DNA of 64,000 nucleotides, counting the filler, from a bacterium (lineage in GTDB: Bacteria > UBA9089 > CG2-30-40-21 > SBAY01): assembly GCA_040757115.1 (NCBI GenBank). It is 9 parts of 9 records of this genome, joined end to end, with 100 filler letters (N's around TTAATTAATTAA, not from the genome) between each part and the next. Parts side by side here need not be neighbours in the genome. Positions count along the whole stretch, not along the records: positions 30,096 to 57,861 come from JBFLYA010000028.1; positions 57,962 to 62,719 come from JBFLYA010000279.1; 7 more parts are not named here. One strand, written 5' to 3'. The position numbers and the translations under genes are program-made. Shown piece after piece: positions 51,501 through 60,118 of this stretch. The notes beneath the pieces are model-generated. The model was not told where the DNA came from. It searched no databases and saw nothing but the letters and a program-made list of their open reading frames with translations. Every line of letters begins with the position of its first letter. Positions within the stretch are counted from its first letter, which is position 1.

Positions 51501-51854
51501 TTTTAGACAATTAGGGATGGTTCCTTTTATCGTTTTTCCTATGATTTTTGTTGGAAATTGGAAATTAGAAATTGGGCTTTTGTCTCTCTCCCTAATTTCC
51601 AATTTCCAATTTCTAATTTCAGCGTTTAAGTGAACAAATAGTTATCTTCACACCTCATAACTGAGGGATTACCAGAATTTCTCTCTTTTACCTCCACCTT
51701 AATTTCCCACCGATAACTGATCTATTACCATATAATCCTCAGAATGTCAGGTACTTTTTTGCAAAAAAAATTAAAAATTAGTTGCATAAATTAAGATTAT
51801 GGTATATAATCTTAGGAAGAAGGGAAAAAAGAGGATTGCAGAGAGAAGTTTTAT

Positions 51855-51903
51855 GCCTAACAAAACAATGAACCTGACAGAGCAGGTTATTTTATCGTTA
51901 GAC
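51855..51903 (+). other. Integron attC-like recombination site
   Basis: R'' GCCTAAC, 5 nt, L'' AATGAACC (extra G), short stem-loop, L' GGTTATT, 5 nt, R' GTTAGAC. Confidence 0.72.
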
Positions 51904-51916
51904 TAAAAGAGATTAA

Positions 51917-52091
51917 ACCATGAAGGGCAGGGAGAACACAAAGTGAAATTTGATGAAATATCTAGTGAAGTTAGCAAATATTAGAGTTGGCTTGTTGATA
52001 AATTTCAATGTGGAAAGATTGAAAGAAGGCATAAAGAGATTTGTTCTGTCCAATCTTCGTGTCCTTCGTGCTCTTCGTGGTGAATAGTTAC
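51917..52091 (+). pseudogene. Internally deleted GxxExxY-family gene with inverted arms, fused to an IS66-type end
   Basis: GTG-KFDEIS joined to KLANIRVGLLINFNVERLKEGIKRFVL; right arm CTTCGTGTCCTTCGTGCTCTTCGTGGT runs into TGAATAGTTAC. Confidence 0.75.
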
Positions 52092-52109
52092 AATAAATGA
52101 AAATAAAAG

Positions 52110-52345
52110 GTAACTGTTCACCGCACAGACACAGAGACGCAGAGAAAAACACACCCCTAACCCTTCTTAAGAGGGGAAAATCTATGGACGAGACGCAACA
52201 AATCTGCCTTGTCTGCTGAACATTCGGTAAGCAGGTCCTATGTATTTCAATAACTGCACCAATAATCTTTTCTGTTATCTGATTTATTTTTATGTCTTCT
52301 CTGTTCCTCTGCGTCTCTGCGGTAAAGGACTACCTGAACGATTAC
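52110..52345. mobile_element. IS66-ended MITE, same shell as 9393-9626 (inverted) and 39357
   Basis: GTAACTGTTCACCGCA...TGCGGTAAAGGACTACCTGAACGATTAC. Confidence 0.85.
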
Positions 52346-52406
52346 GAATTTTTAGTGTTTTATCTGAATTACCAATTACCTGATTTTTCTACCGGAGGGA
52401 AGAACT

Positions 52407-53075
52407 ATGCCCGAAAAGTTGTTGCTCGGTCAAATATTGGTAGAGGAAGGAGTCCTAACGAAAGAACAACTCCATCAGGCATTGTTAGAGCAAAAGAAGT
52501 CTAACAAAAGATTAGGAAGAATATTGGTTGATTTGGGGTTTCTATCAGAAGAAATAATAATAGACCATTTAACTCATCAAATCACGGATATTTTGGAAGA
52601 ATGTGAGGATATTACTTCTCATTTAGTCCGGAAATCACACGAGTTAATTAGAGAAAAACCCATAATTTATAAAAAAACTCTATTTATTGAGGATGATTCT
52701 AAAAAAGAAATTTATAAACGATTATTTGCAGGAAGGGAAAAGCTAAATGAAGCAAAAGCACTATTTAGAAAAGGGATGTATGAAGAAGTAGTGATAAATG
52801 TCTATCATGCAATGTATCATCTAAGTCAGATAATACATCGATTGCAAGAACCTCATCATCATTTTGACTTAGCCCTAAAAACAGGAATAAAATCTGTCTT
52901 TACAGGCCGAACAGGAACCTCGCAAGTTGAACGACGCAGTATTTTTACGGATAGTTTTAGAAAAGAAATTAATCCAGAGGCAAGACATCAGGCAAAAACG
53001 ATTATCAAGGATGGTGAATCTTATTTAAAAAGAGTAGAAGAATCCCTCCGCCAGCGCAAAGGAATTAAAATCTAA
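52407..53075 (+). CDS. MshEN (c-di-GMP-binding) domain fused to a HEPN-like domain
   Basis: LLGQILVEEGVL...LHQALLEQ...RLGRILVDLGFL; KLNEAKALFRKGMYEEVVINVYHAMYH...AKTIIKDGESYL. Confidence 0.7.
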   Translation: MPEKLLLGQILVEEGVLTKEQLHQALLEQKKSNKRLGRILVDLGFLSEEIIIDHLTHQITDILEECEDITSHLVRKSHELIREKPIIYKKTLFIEDDSKKEIYKRLFAGREKLNEAKALFRKGMYEEVVINVYHAMYHLSQIIHRLQEPHHHFDLALKTGIKSVFTGRTGTSQVERRSIFTDSFRKEINPEARHQAKTIIKDGESYLKRVEESLRQRKGIKI

Positions 53076-53087
53076 GGAAAAACCGTT

Positions 53088-54596
53088 ATGATTAACTTAA
53101 CCTGGGTCAAAGAAAGATTAGTTATTTTCCTGTTGATTATTTTGATATTCCTTCCACCAACATTCCTTTTAGGGGGATATACATTTTATTCCTTGACCTT
53201 AATTGAATCTTTAGTCATTCTTACAGGTTTAATCGGATTTTCAGGGAAAATAAAGATAATTAAATCCTGTGTCCATCTACCTGTCTTATTTTTTATGTCA
53301 TCTGCGGTTCTATCTACAATCAATTCTCATTATTTAAGAGGAAGTTGGGAAGAAATAACTAAATTAGCCTGCTGTTTAATTTTCTTTTTAATGCTCGGAA
53401 ATTACCTCTCAACACACTTAAAATTATTTGTCTCTACTTTGGTATTGACGACATTAGTTGTCGTATCTTTAACTTTGAATCAGTTCTTGATTCATATCCC
53501 CAAATCCTTAATTGAGAGACTCTACTATCCTTTAGGCAATCCCAATCTTTTAGCCGGCTTTCTGGTAATAACTATCCCTTTGATGGTAAGATTATTTTTT
53601 ATCGTAAGATTTAGATTTTTGTTCGGGCTACTCCTATTATTTTCTTTCATCACCTTATATTTTACCTCTTCAAGAGGGGGTGTTTTGGGGGTAATTGGGG
53701 CATTGTTTTTCCTATTTTTTATAAAAAGGCAAAATAGACGACGGTATGGATTTATTTTGCTCTCAGGTTTATTTATTGTGATAGTTGGAGTTATTATTTA
53801 CAACCTTTTTTCCCCATCACATTGGCTGGGGACACATTCAATTTTCCAGAGATTCTACATCTGGAAATATTCCTGTCAGATGTTTTTAGACCATTTTATT
53901 CTGGGTGTTGGTCCAGGTGCATACGCAAATGTCTTTTTTGATTATAGACAGGATGTTCCCTGGCATTACCATTCTCATAACATCTTTATTCAATATGCTT
54001 GTGAAATGGGAATAATTGGTTTGTTAAGTTTTATCTGGCTATTAGTGACTTTATTTATGGAAGGGTTTAAGACCAGAGTTGAGGAAAATACCTATGAAAA
54101 AGCAGTTAGAGAAGGCTTGCTGGCAAGTCTAATTGGGCTTCTCATTCATAATCAGAGCGATTATCTATTCTGGATACCGGTATTTCAGCTATATTTCTGG
54201 CTGATACTGGGCATATTGACCTTCAGGCAAGGGAAAGAATATATCTCTCCTAATACTTATTGGTTAACAGGCATCATTATAATCTTCTGTTTTTTTTGTG
54301 TTTTTAGACCATTTTCAGGTTATGTATTTTTTAATCAAGGGGTGATTCTGGCGGATAAAGGGAGATGGGAAGCGGCAAAACTAAAGTTTGAAAAAGCGGC
54401 TGCATTTGATTTTTATCATCCAGTTTATCATGCCCATCTTGCCACAAGTTACACCAAAATTCAACCAGCATCTTTAAATCTGGCAATTAAAGAATATGAA
54501 ATAGCCAGTTCACTTGATAATTCAAAGGCGTATTTAAAAAAGGAAAAGACACTTTGCTGGAAATTGTATAGACGAAGAGCTATTGGAAGTAAATAG
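53088..54596 (+). CDS. O-antigen ligase (Wzy_C) family protein with C-terminal TPR
   Basis: LGNPNLLAGFL, TSSRGG, RFYIW, GVGPG, HSHNIFIQ...EMGIIG. Confidence 0.88.
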   Translation: MINLTWVKERLVIFLLIILIFLPPTFLLGGYTFYSLTLIESLVILTGLIGFSGKIKIIKSCVHLPVLFFMSSAVLSTINSHYLRGSWEEITKLACCLIFFLMLGNYLSTHLKLFVSTLVLTTLVVVSLTLNQFLIHIPKSLIERLYYPLGNPNLLAGFLVITIPLMVRLFFIVRFRFLFGLLLLFSFITLYFTSSRGGVLGVIGALFFLFFIKRQNRRRYGFILLSGLFIVIVGVIIYNLFSPSHWLGTHSIFQRFYIWKYSCQMFLDHFILGVGPGAYANVFFDYRQDVPWHYHSHNIFIQYACEMGIIGLLSFIWLLVTLFMEGFKTRVEENTYEKAVREGLLASLIGLLIHNQSDYLFWIPVFQLYFWLILGILTFRQGKEYISPNTYWLTGIIIIFCFFCVFRPFSGYVFFNQGVILADKGRWEAAKLKFEKAAAFDFYHPVYHAHLATSYTKIQPASLNLAIKEYEIASSLDNSKAYLKKEKTLCWKLYRRRAIGSK

Positions 54597-54699
54597 GGCG
54601 ATTGTGTCTGTAATCTTGATGCAAAGATAAATATATTCTGTATCCTACATCGTGTATTGGTTAAACAAATAATGCCTCTGTTTTAGCCAATATAGGGGA

Positions 54700-54766
54700 T
54701 TAGGGTCAAACCTTGAATGTAGAAAGCAGTTCCTTTTACATTCAACATTCACGGTTTGACCCCAAT
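54700..54766. repeat. REP-like inverted repeat
   Basis: GGGTCAAACCTTGAATGT ... ACATTCACGGTTTGACCCC. Confidence 0.65.
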
Positions 54767-54843
54767 AGTTACCCCAGGTTTAAGCAGTTTATCTTAGGTT
54801 TGTTTTATACTGTTAATATTTCTTGCTGAAATGGAAGTTTATT

Positions 54844-55025
54844 AATTAATAGTTGCTTCATTACAATTTTTCTTGCTAGCATTATCTATATCAATCCCAA
54901 CTATATTACCTTCAGAATCATAGTCAACTAATATCCCCTCAGCTATTTCTACGGTATCTGCACTTATTTTTTTCAGATAGATCTAAATACAGAGAATCTG
55001 TCTCCGGGTAATAACTTAATTTCAT
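54844..55025 (-). pseudogene. DUF2283 protein, frameshifted in an A-run
   Basis: MKLSYYPETDSLYLDL / SADTVEIAEGILVDYDSEGNIVGIDI. Confidence 0.8.
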
Positions 55026-55279
55026 TCTTTAAACCTCCTGTCAGGAAATGCGTTATGTATTGTTAATTTATCTTCCAATGTTACTATCCTAAATATCCTG
55101 TTGTCTAATTCCTTAACTTCACCCCAAAATCTATATCTATTACCTTCTTGTTTCTCAAATCTAATAGGATTTTCAATTATTTCGCAACACCATTCTTTTT
55201 TAATATAGGGTCGCTTGCGAAGAACTTCATTTAACTGATAGGAAATTGTTTTTTTGACTGTTTTGGGTATTATATCCAT
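55022..55279 (-). CDS. DUF4258/RelE-like toxin, N-terminus possibly replaced by an IS end
   Basis: LRKRPYIKKEWC...RYRFWG...RIVTLED..TIHNAFPDR; ATGA-coupled to DUF2283. Confidence 0.7.
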   Translation of the reverse strand: MDIIPKTVKKTISYQLNEVLRKRPYIKKEWCCEIIENPIRFEKQEGNRYRFWGEVKELDNRIFRIVTLEDKLTIHNAFPDRRFKE

Positions 55280-55616
55280 TTGTGCCCATTGTGAGGATAT
55301 TTTACCACAAATTTTATCCTATGTCAACAAAAATTCGGCTCTTTAAATCCAAAAATTAGTATCGAAAATCTGCTCGATTAGGACAAAATCATAAAAATGG
55401 ACATTGCCAATAGTGATGTTGGACACACTTATCCTCCGGAAGGTAATTGGAAGTCCATAAAAGAAAGGACTAAAAAGTAGGTGAGAATTATGAAGGGTAT
55501 CATCTTCCATGCCAGGAACCATTATAAAACCATCTCTTAGCCCCTGGCATATTTTTCAGGATTTACCCAGAATTGTGTGTCGGCGTTGCTCCACACAAAT
55601 TCTTAATTCATTAGGT

Positions 55617-55994
55617 TCAATCTATGCTCGCTTGACGAATGCGTATTCGTGTTTCCTCAAGGACCACCAAGGCATGCGGTGACAAATCCACATCATGATG
55701 CAAAAGTTGATTACACACTTTAATCACATTGTGGGACTGAAGATTCCTGATCCGCAGAAAGATAATACCAAAGTTGGGCTTGCCTTCATGAATGGCTAAG
55801 GTTCCAAAATCTGCATCATGAGTCAATACCCAACATTTTTCCTGATACGCAATCTCAAGAAGTTCATCGTCGCTTTTACCCTGCCATCATTGTTCCTTGG
55901 TATCTAACACATCCAACCCTTGATTTCTGAGGAAAGCTACAACCTTCGGAGAAATGTTCTCATCAGTGAGAATTCGTAACTCTTGAAACCTCAT
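55617..55994 (-). pseudogene. DUF5615 PIN-like toxin with internal TGA (55887-55889)
   Basis: ILTDENISPKVV...EQ*WQGKSDDELL...LTHDADFG. Confidence 0.85.
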
Positions 55995-56218
55995 GCTGCT
56001 GGCTCCAACGCAAGATACACCTCATTCCTGTATGACCGAGCGGTATATCTCAGACAAGTGAGAATGTCCTCTTTGGTTAAATGAGGATAATCCTCGAGAA
56101 TCTCTTCTTTGCTTACACCAGAAGCAAGTAAGTCAAGGATGAACTCAACGGAGATACGAGTCCCCTCGATGATGGGTTTCCCTCCGAGTATTCTCGGGTT
56201 TACGACAATTCTTGCCAT
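55991..56218 (-). CDS. DUF433 family antitoxin
   Basis: NPRILGGKPIIEGTRISVEFIL...ILEDYPHLT; AGGAG RBS. Confidence 0.9.
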   Translation of the reverse strand: MARIVVNPRILGGKPIIEGTRISVEFILDLLASGVSKEEILEDYPHLTKEDILTCLRYTARSYRNEVYLALEPAA

Positions 56219-56251
56219 CTTTACATCTCCTTTTGTTATTGTGTTATCACT

Positions 56252-56317
56252 GCCTAATGTATGCATAACCGGGAGTGGTCCGCCAGGGACACGATTCGGT
56301 TCATGCAGTTGTTGAAC
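56252..56317 (-). other. Integron attC-like site upstream of the DUF433/DUF5615 pair
   Basis: Minus strand: GTTCAAC, 5 nt, CATGAACC (extra G) ... GGTTATG, 5 nt, ATTAGGC (GTT degenerate). Confidence 0.68.
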
Positions 56318-56785
56318 TAAGCCACTTTGTAGCAGTTTTTTTGCCAGCTTTGTAGAGTTATCTTTAAGTTTATCATATTAGGATATTTGATGTCAAGAAG
56401 AAAAAGATACATTCAGCAATTCTCGGTGAATCTAAATAAACAGCCCAAGTAACCACCTTAAAGCCATTTTTTGCTTCTTAAACATCTTCTTCCTCTAAAT
56501 TGCTTAAAATTTCCCCATCCTAAACCTATGGAGAACCTCCTTTATTTTAGAAATTGTGCCTTTCACGAAATTCATAACTCCTTGATTAACAAGAAGTTAC
56601 AAATACACTTTTTTCTTATTGCCCTCCTGTTGTATAACCCCTTGATTTTCATAGACTTACAAATCATAGTTTGCTCGTTTTTCTTCACTTTTGCCCACTT
56701 TAAATAGGAGTGGAGGGCAATTTTACTTTTTCCCCTCTACCCAGAGGGGGCTACACTTACCCCGGTTTGCAGGCAATTCCCCCTT

Positions 56786-57477
56786 AATAAAGGGGGTTAG
56801 GGGGTTGTGATTGTTCAATCCATCCTTCAATTGCCCTTAAAACATTGTCTATATCTTTCTTTACATCACTATCATTGAATCTTATAAGAGTTAAACCCAT
56901 AGACTTTAATTTCCATCCCCCTTAATAAAGGGGGCATAGGGGGTTGTTTCTTTCCATATCGTACTCAAATCTACTCTCGTTGTGGCTTTCTCCATCAATT
57001 TCAATTACCAGTTTTAGTCTACTACAATAAAAATCAACAATATACTCCCCAATAGGCTTTTGTCTCATAAACTGATACTCGATGTTCAAGTTTTTTAAAG
57101 GTATAAAGATTTAACCGCAAAGAGCGCAAAGGAAGGTTTCGCAAAGGACGCAAAGAAAGAAAAACAGGTCTATAAACGAAAACGAACTTTCAAATATTGT
57201 TAATTGCTTATAAATTTCAATGTATTAAGACTCAAGGAAGGAATTAAAAGGGTGGTGAACAACCTATAATCTCTGCGTTCTTTGCGGTTGATTTCTTTGC
57301 GTTCTTTGCGGTTAAAAAAGGATAAACCACTTAATCTTAAAAAAACTTGAATATCGAGTGATAGCCATTCATCTTTCTGCTTCTCAAATACTTCCAAAGC
57401 AATACTTCTGATAAAACCCCTTGCTTTCTAAGTTCTCTGGCGTAAGTTTTCAATTTCGGATTGTAATGAATCTTCAT
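56786..57477 (-). pseudogene. DUF559 (Vsr-like) endonuclease gene interrupted by a MITE and a REP copy
   Basis: MKIHYNPKLKTYARELRK..SEVLLW...[30 protein letters not shown]...LIRF.DSDV. Confidence 0.85.
57078..57358. mobile_element. 281-bp MITE with 5-bp TSD carrying an internally deleted GxxExxY element
   Basis: TIR CTCGATGTTCAAGTTTTTT/AAAAAACTTGAATATCGAG; TGATA at 57073-77 and 57359-63; same end at ~30133-30151. Confidence 0.88.
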
Positions 57478-57975
57478 ACTTACAACCCCCTAACCCCCTT
57501 TATATACTTACAACCCCCTAACCCCCTTTATATACTTACAACCCCCTAACCCCCTTTATTAAGGGGGAATATCTGTCCTCTACCTCTCATCTTTTCTATA
57601 TTTGGGTGAGGGAATTTCGTGAAGCCCTATTTAGAAATTGGGCACTCTATTCCCTTTATCACAAAATCAAATCCTTATTTAAGTATATTATTTTTCTATT
57701 ATCCCCATTTCTCCCTTTTCATCCACTTGTTGGTTCAGGTGGCGAAAGAATAAACCACAAAAGATCCTCCCAACTTTGAAAAATTAATATCCGAATCGTA
57801 CACCGTAACTGATTCCAATACTCTCTCCGACTGCTAAATTTCTTCCGACAAGCCTGATAGANNNNNNNNNNNNNNNNNNNNNNNNNNNNNNNNNNNNNNN
57901 NNNNNTTAATTAATTAANNNNNNNNNNNNNNNNNNNNNNNNNNNNNNNNNNNNNNNNNNNNGAGGATAAAAACAG

Positions 57976-59025
57976 ATGAATGCTAAAGAGATATTTTTAG
58001 ATTTAGTAAGTAAAGTAGTAAAAGGACAAGTTTCCTTAGATGAGGCAATAGCAGAAGTTCATAGTCAAAGGATAAAACCCTGGCTGGAGAAAGAGGCAGT
58101 GTTAAATCTGGAGCAAACAATCAATAGCCTGGCTAACCAATCTCCACCACAGGCATATTACCTTGCTACCCTTAACTATGAATCAGCAAAGATAATAGGT
58201 CATAGTCTTCTTAGAGCTCATTCTACATTTATCTTAGCCAGTCTATCGTTGCGGCTTGCAAGGTATCATCAGGCTATCAAACTCTATGAAGAGGCATTAC
58301 CCATATTTGAAGGATTAAATGAGAGACAGGCAGCGGGAGCAATTACTGGCAACATAGGTCATGCCTATTTCTCCTTAGGTCAATATCAGAAGGCGATTGA
58401 ATATGATGAAGAGGCACTGAAGATAGCCAGAGAGATTGGAGATAGAATGGATGAAGGAACTGAGCTTGGCAACTTAGGTATTGCCTATCGTTCTTTAGGT
58501 CAATATCAGAAGGCGATTGAATATTTTGAAGAGGCACTGAAGATAGCTAAGGAGATTGGAGATAGGCAGGGTGAAGGAAGTCGTCTTGGCAACTTAGGTA
58601 ATGCTTATTACTCTTCAGGTCAATACCAGAAGGCGATTGAATATTTTGAAGAGGCACTAAAAATAGCCAGGGAGATTGGAGATAGGCAAGCCGAAGAAGA
58701 CTGGATTGATAATCTGGGTAATGTTTTCCTTTCCTTAAAGGAATATCAAAAGGCAATAGACCACTATGAAGAAGCAAGAAAGATAGCTGAGGGACTGGGG
58801 GACGAGTTAGGGATTGGTTTCACGATTGGTCAACTTGGTAGAGTTCATGAAGAGAAGGGAGAGTATCAATCAGCCATCAGGAATTATCTTCAAGCATCTT
58901 CAGTATTCAGGAAACTTAACTCCCCACATCTTGAAAATACACTCGACTACCTTAATAGACTAAAAGGGTCTTTAGGCAAGGAGAGATTTGAGCAGTATAT
59001 TAGGGAAATTCAAAGGGAGATGTAA
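57976..59025 (+). CDS. Tetratricopeptide repeat protein
   Basis: Repeated GNLG.AY.SLGQYQKAIEY.EEALKIA.EIGDR units (120-bp period). Confidence 0.92.
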   Translation: MNAKEIFLDLVSKVVKGQVSLDEAIAEVHSQRIKPWLEKEAVLNLEQTINSLANQSPPQAYYLATLNYESAKIIGHSLLRAHSTFILASLSLRLARYHQAIKLYEEALPIFEGLNERQAAGAITGNIGHAYFSLGQYQKAIEYDEEALKIAREIGDRMDEGTELGNLGIAYRSLGQYQKAIEYFEEALKIAKEIGDRQGEGSRLGNLGNAYYSSGQYQKAIEYFEEALKIAREIGDRQAEEDWIDNLGNVFLSLKEYQKAIDHYEEARKIAEGLGDELGIGFTIGQLGRVHEEKGEYQSAIRNYLQASSVFRKLNSPHLENTLDYLNRLKGSLGKERFEQYIREIQREM

Positions 59026-59027
59026 GT

Positions 59028-59996
59028 ATGGATTCGATTAGAGCCGAAATTAAAGAGCTTCTACCAATATTGGAGGAAAGAGAAAGAAGAAGAATTAAAG
59101 AGTTAGTAAAAGACCATCCGGAAGTTAATATGAATATAACTGTAATAAATATGACTGTGAACATTCCCACTTTACCAACAACCTCAAAACCAGCCGAGAT
59201 AGAGACTATGGGGATTATTGAACAATCCACTAACTTCTTTAAACCAACAAGGTATGAAAGTGGGTTTATTGGAGAGAATTTAAGATTAGAGGAGTTTTCT
59301 TCCCTTACGGAGGAGCAAAAGATTCAGTTAGACTCTCTCCTGTGGGAAAAGAACAAAGATTGGCTTAATAAAAAATTTCAGGAATTAAATGCCGCCTGGA
59401 TATCTGTAGTGAACGGAGTAATAGTTAAATCTTCTCCAGATATTTGTGAATATCCACAGAGAAAAGAAATATTAAAACTCTGTGAGGAAAAGGCAAAATT
59501 CCCATTTCTTTTTATAAATGACTACTTTTTTATGATTGAAGAAGGGGCTTCTATATGGAGTAAAACCTCAGGCGCACCAGATGACCATTATCCAACAACA
59601 GAAATTCAAATCGCATCTCTAACAACAACAGTTAAACTACCTTGTGACCTTGATACTGGAACTTATCTACTATTTGTAGATAGGGAAAGATTAATATCTG
59701 AAGGGTTAATTACTCCTCATCTTCTGGAAGAAGAAGGAAAGATTTATCAAGGTAGTCATTTAAATGAGATATATAAAGGTTATATGATAAACACTTTTTC
59801 TGTGGGTATAATATTAGAAGATGGTAAGGTTATAAAGAAAAATTCATTTCCTGTAATCTGTGTAACAAATTGGGGTAAAAGCCCTTTTGTAAAAATAAAT
59901 AAAAATAGATGTGGATTGGTAGGAAGAGGATTATTTCTAAATTTAAAACGAGTTATTCTCCTTGATTTTAGCCTTTGGGAGACAAAAATTTTCTAA
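59028..59996 (+). CDS. Protein with DUF5678-like central region and C-terminal retropepsin-like aspartic protease domain
   Basis: LDTGT catalytic motif, GLVGR psi-loop; NKDWL...WISVVNGVIVKS. Confidence 0.65.
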   Translation: MDSIRAEIKELLPILEERERRRIKELVKDHPEVNMNITVINMTVNIPTLPTTSKPAEIETMGIIEQSTNFFKPTRYESGFIGENLRLEEFSSLTEEQKIQLDSLLWEKNKDWLNKKFQELNAAWISVVNGVIVKSSPDICEYPQRKEILKLCEEKAKFPFLFINDYFFMIEEGASIWSKTSGAPDDHYPTTEIQIASLTTTVKLPCDLDTGTYLLFVDRERLISEGLITPHLLEEEGKIYQGSHLNEIYKGYMINTFSVGIILEDGKVIKKNSFPVICVTNWGKSPFVKINKNRCGLVGRGLFLNLKRVILLDFSLWETKIF

Positions 59997-60049
59997 TCCT
60001 ACAACCTTTTGATTTGCAAATACTGACAAACTTTTATTTAAAAAAATCC

Positions 60050-60094
60050 GTAACCGTTCAGGTGGTAATTTATGTCTGTGCGGTGAACAGTTAC
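60050..60094. mobile_element. 45-bp minimal IS66-ended MITE just upstream of leuS
   Basis: GTAACCGTTCAGGTGGTAATTTA-TGTCTGTGCGGTGAACAGTTAC; both halves match the ends of the 39357/52110 copies. Confidence 0.8.
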
Positions 60095-60118
60095 AGATTT
60101 TTTATGGAATGGTAAAAA

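Larger units (their letters stand above)
56777..57570. repeat. ACAACCCCCTAACCCCCTTTATTAAGGGGG REP-like copies (56777, 56916, three tandem at 57481-57570)
   Basis: Inverted copies flank the DUF559 gene; 28-bp tandem period on the right. Confidence 0.85.

Noticed and set aside
57478-57570. 28-bp tandem repeat as a CRISPR array
   Set aside because: Contiguous REP copies without spacers
57700-57861. Possible transposase C-terminal remnant on the minus strand (YQACRKKFSSRREYWNQLR...)
   Set aside because: Short, frameshifted and cut by the contig end; family cannot be supported without a search
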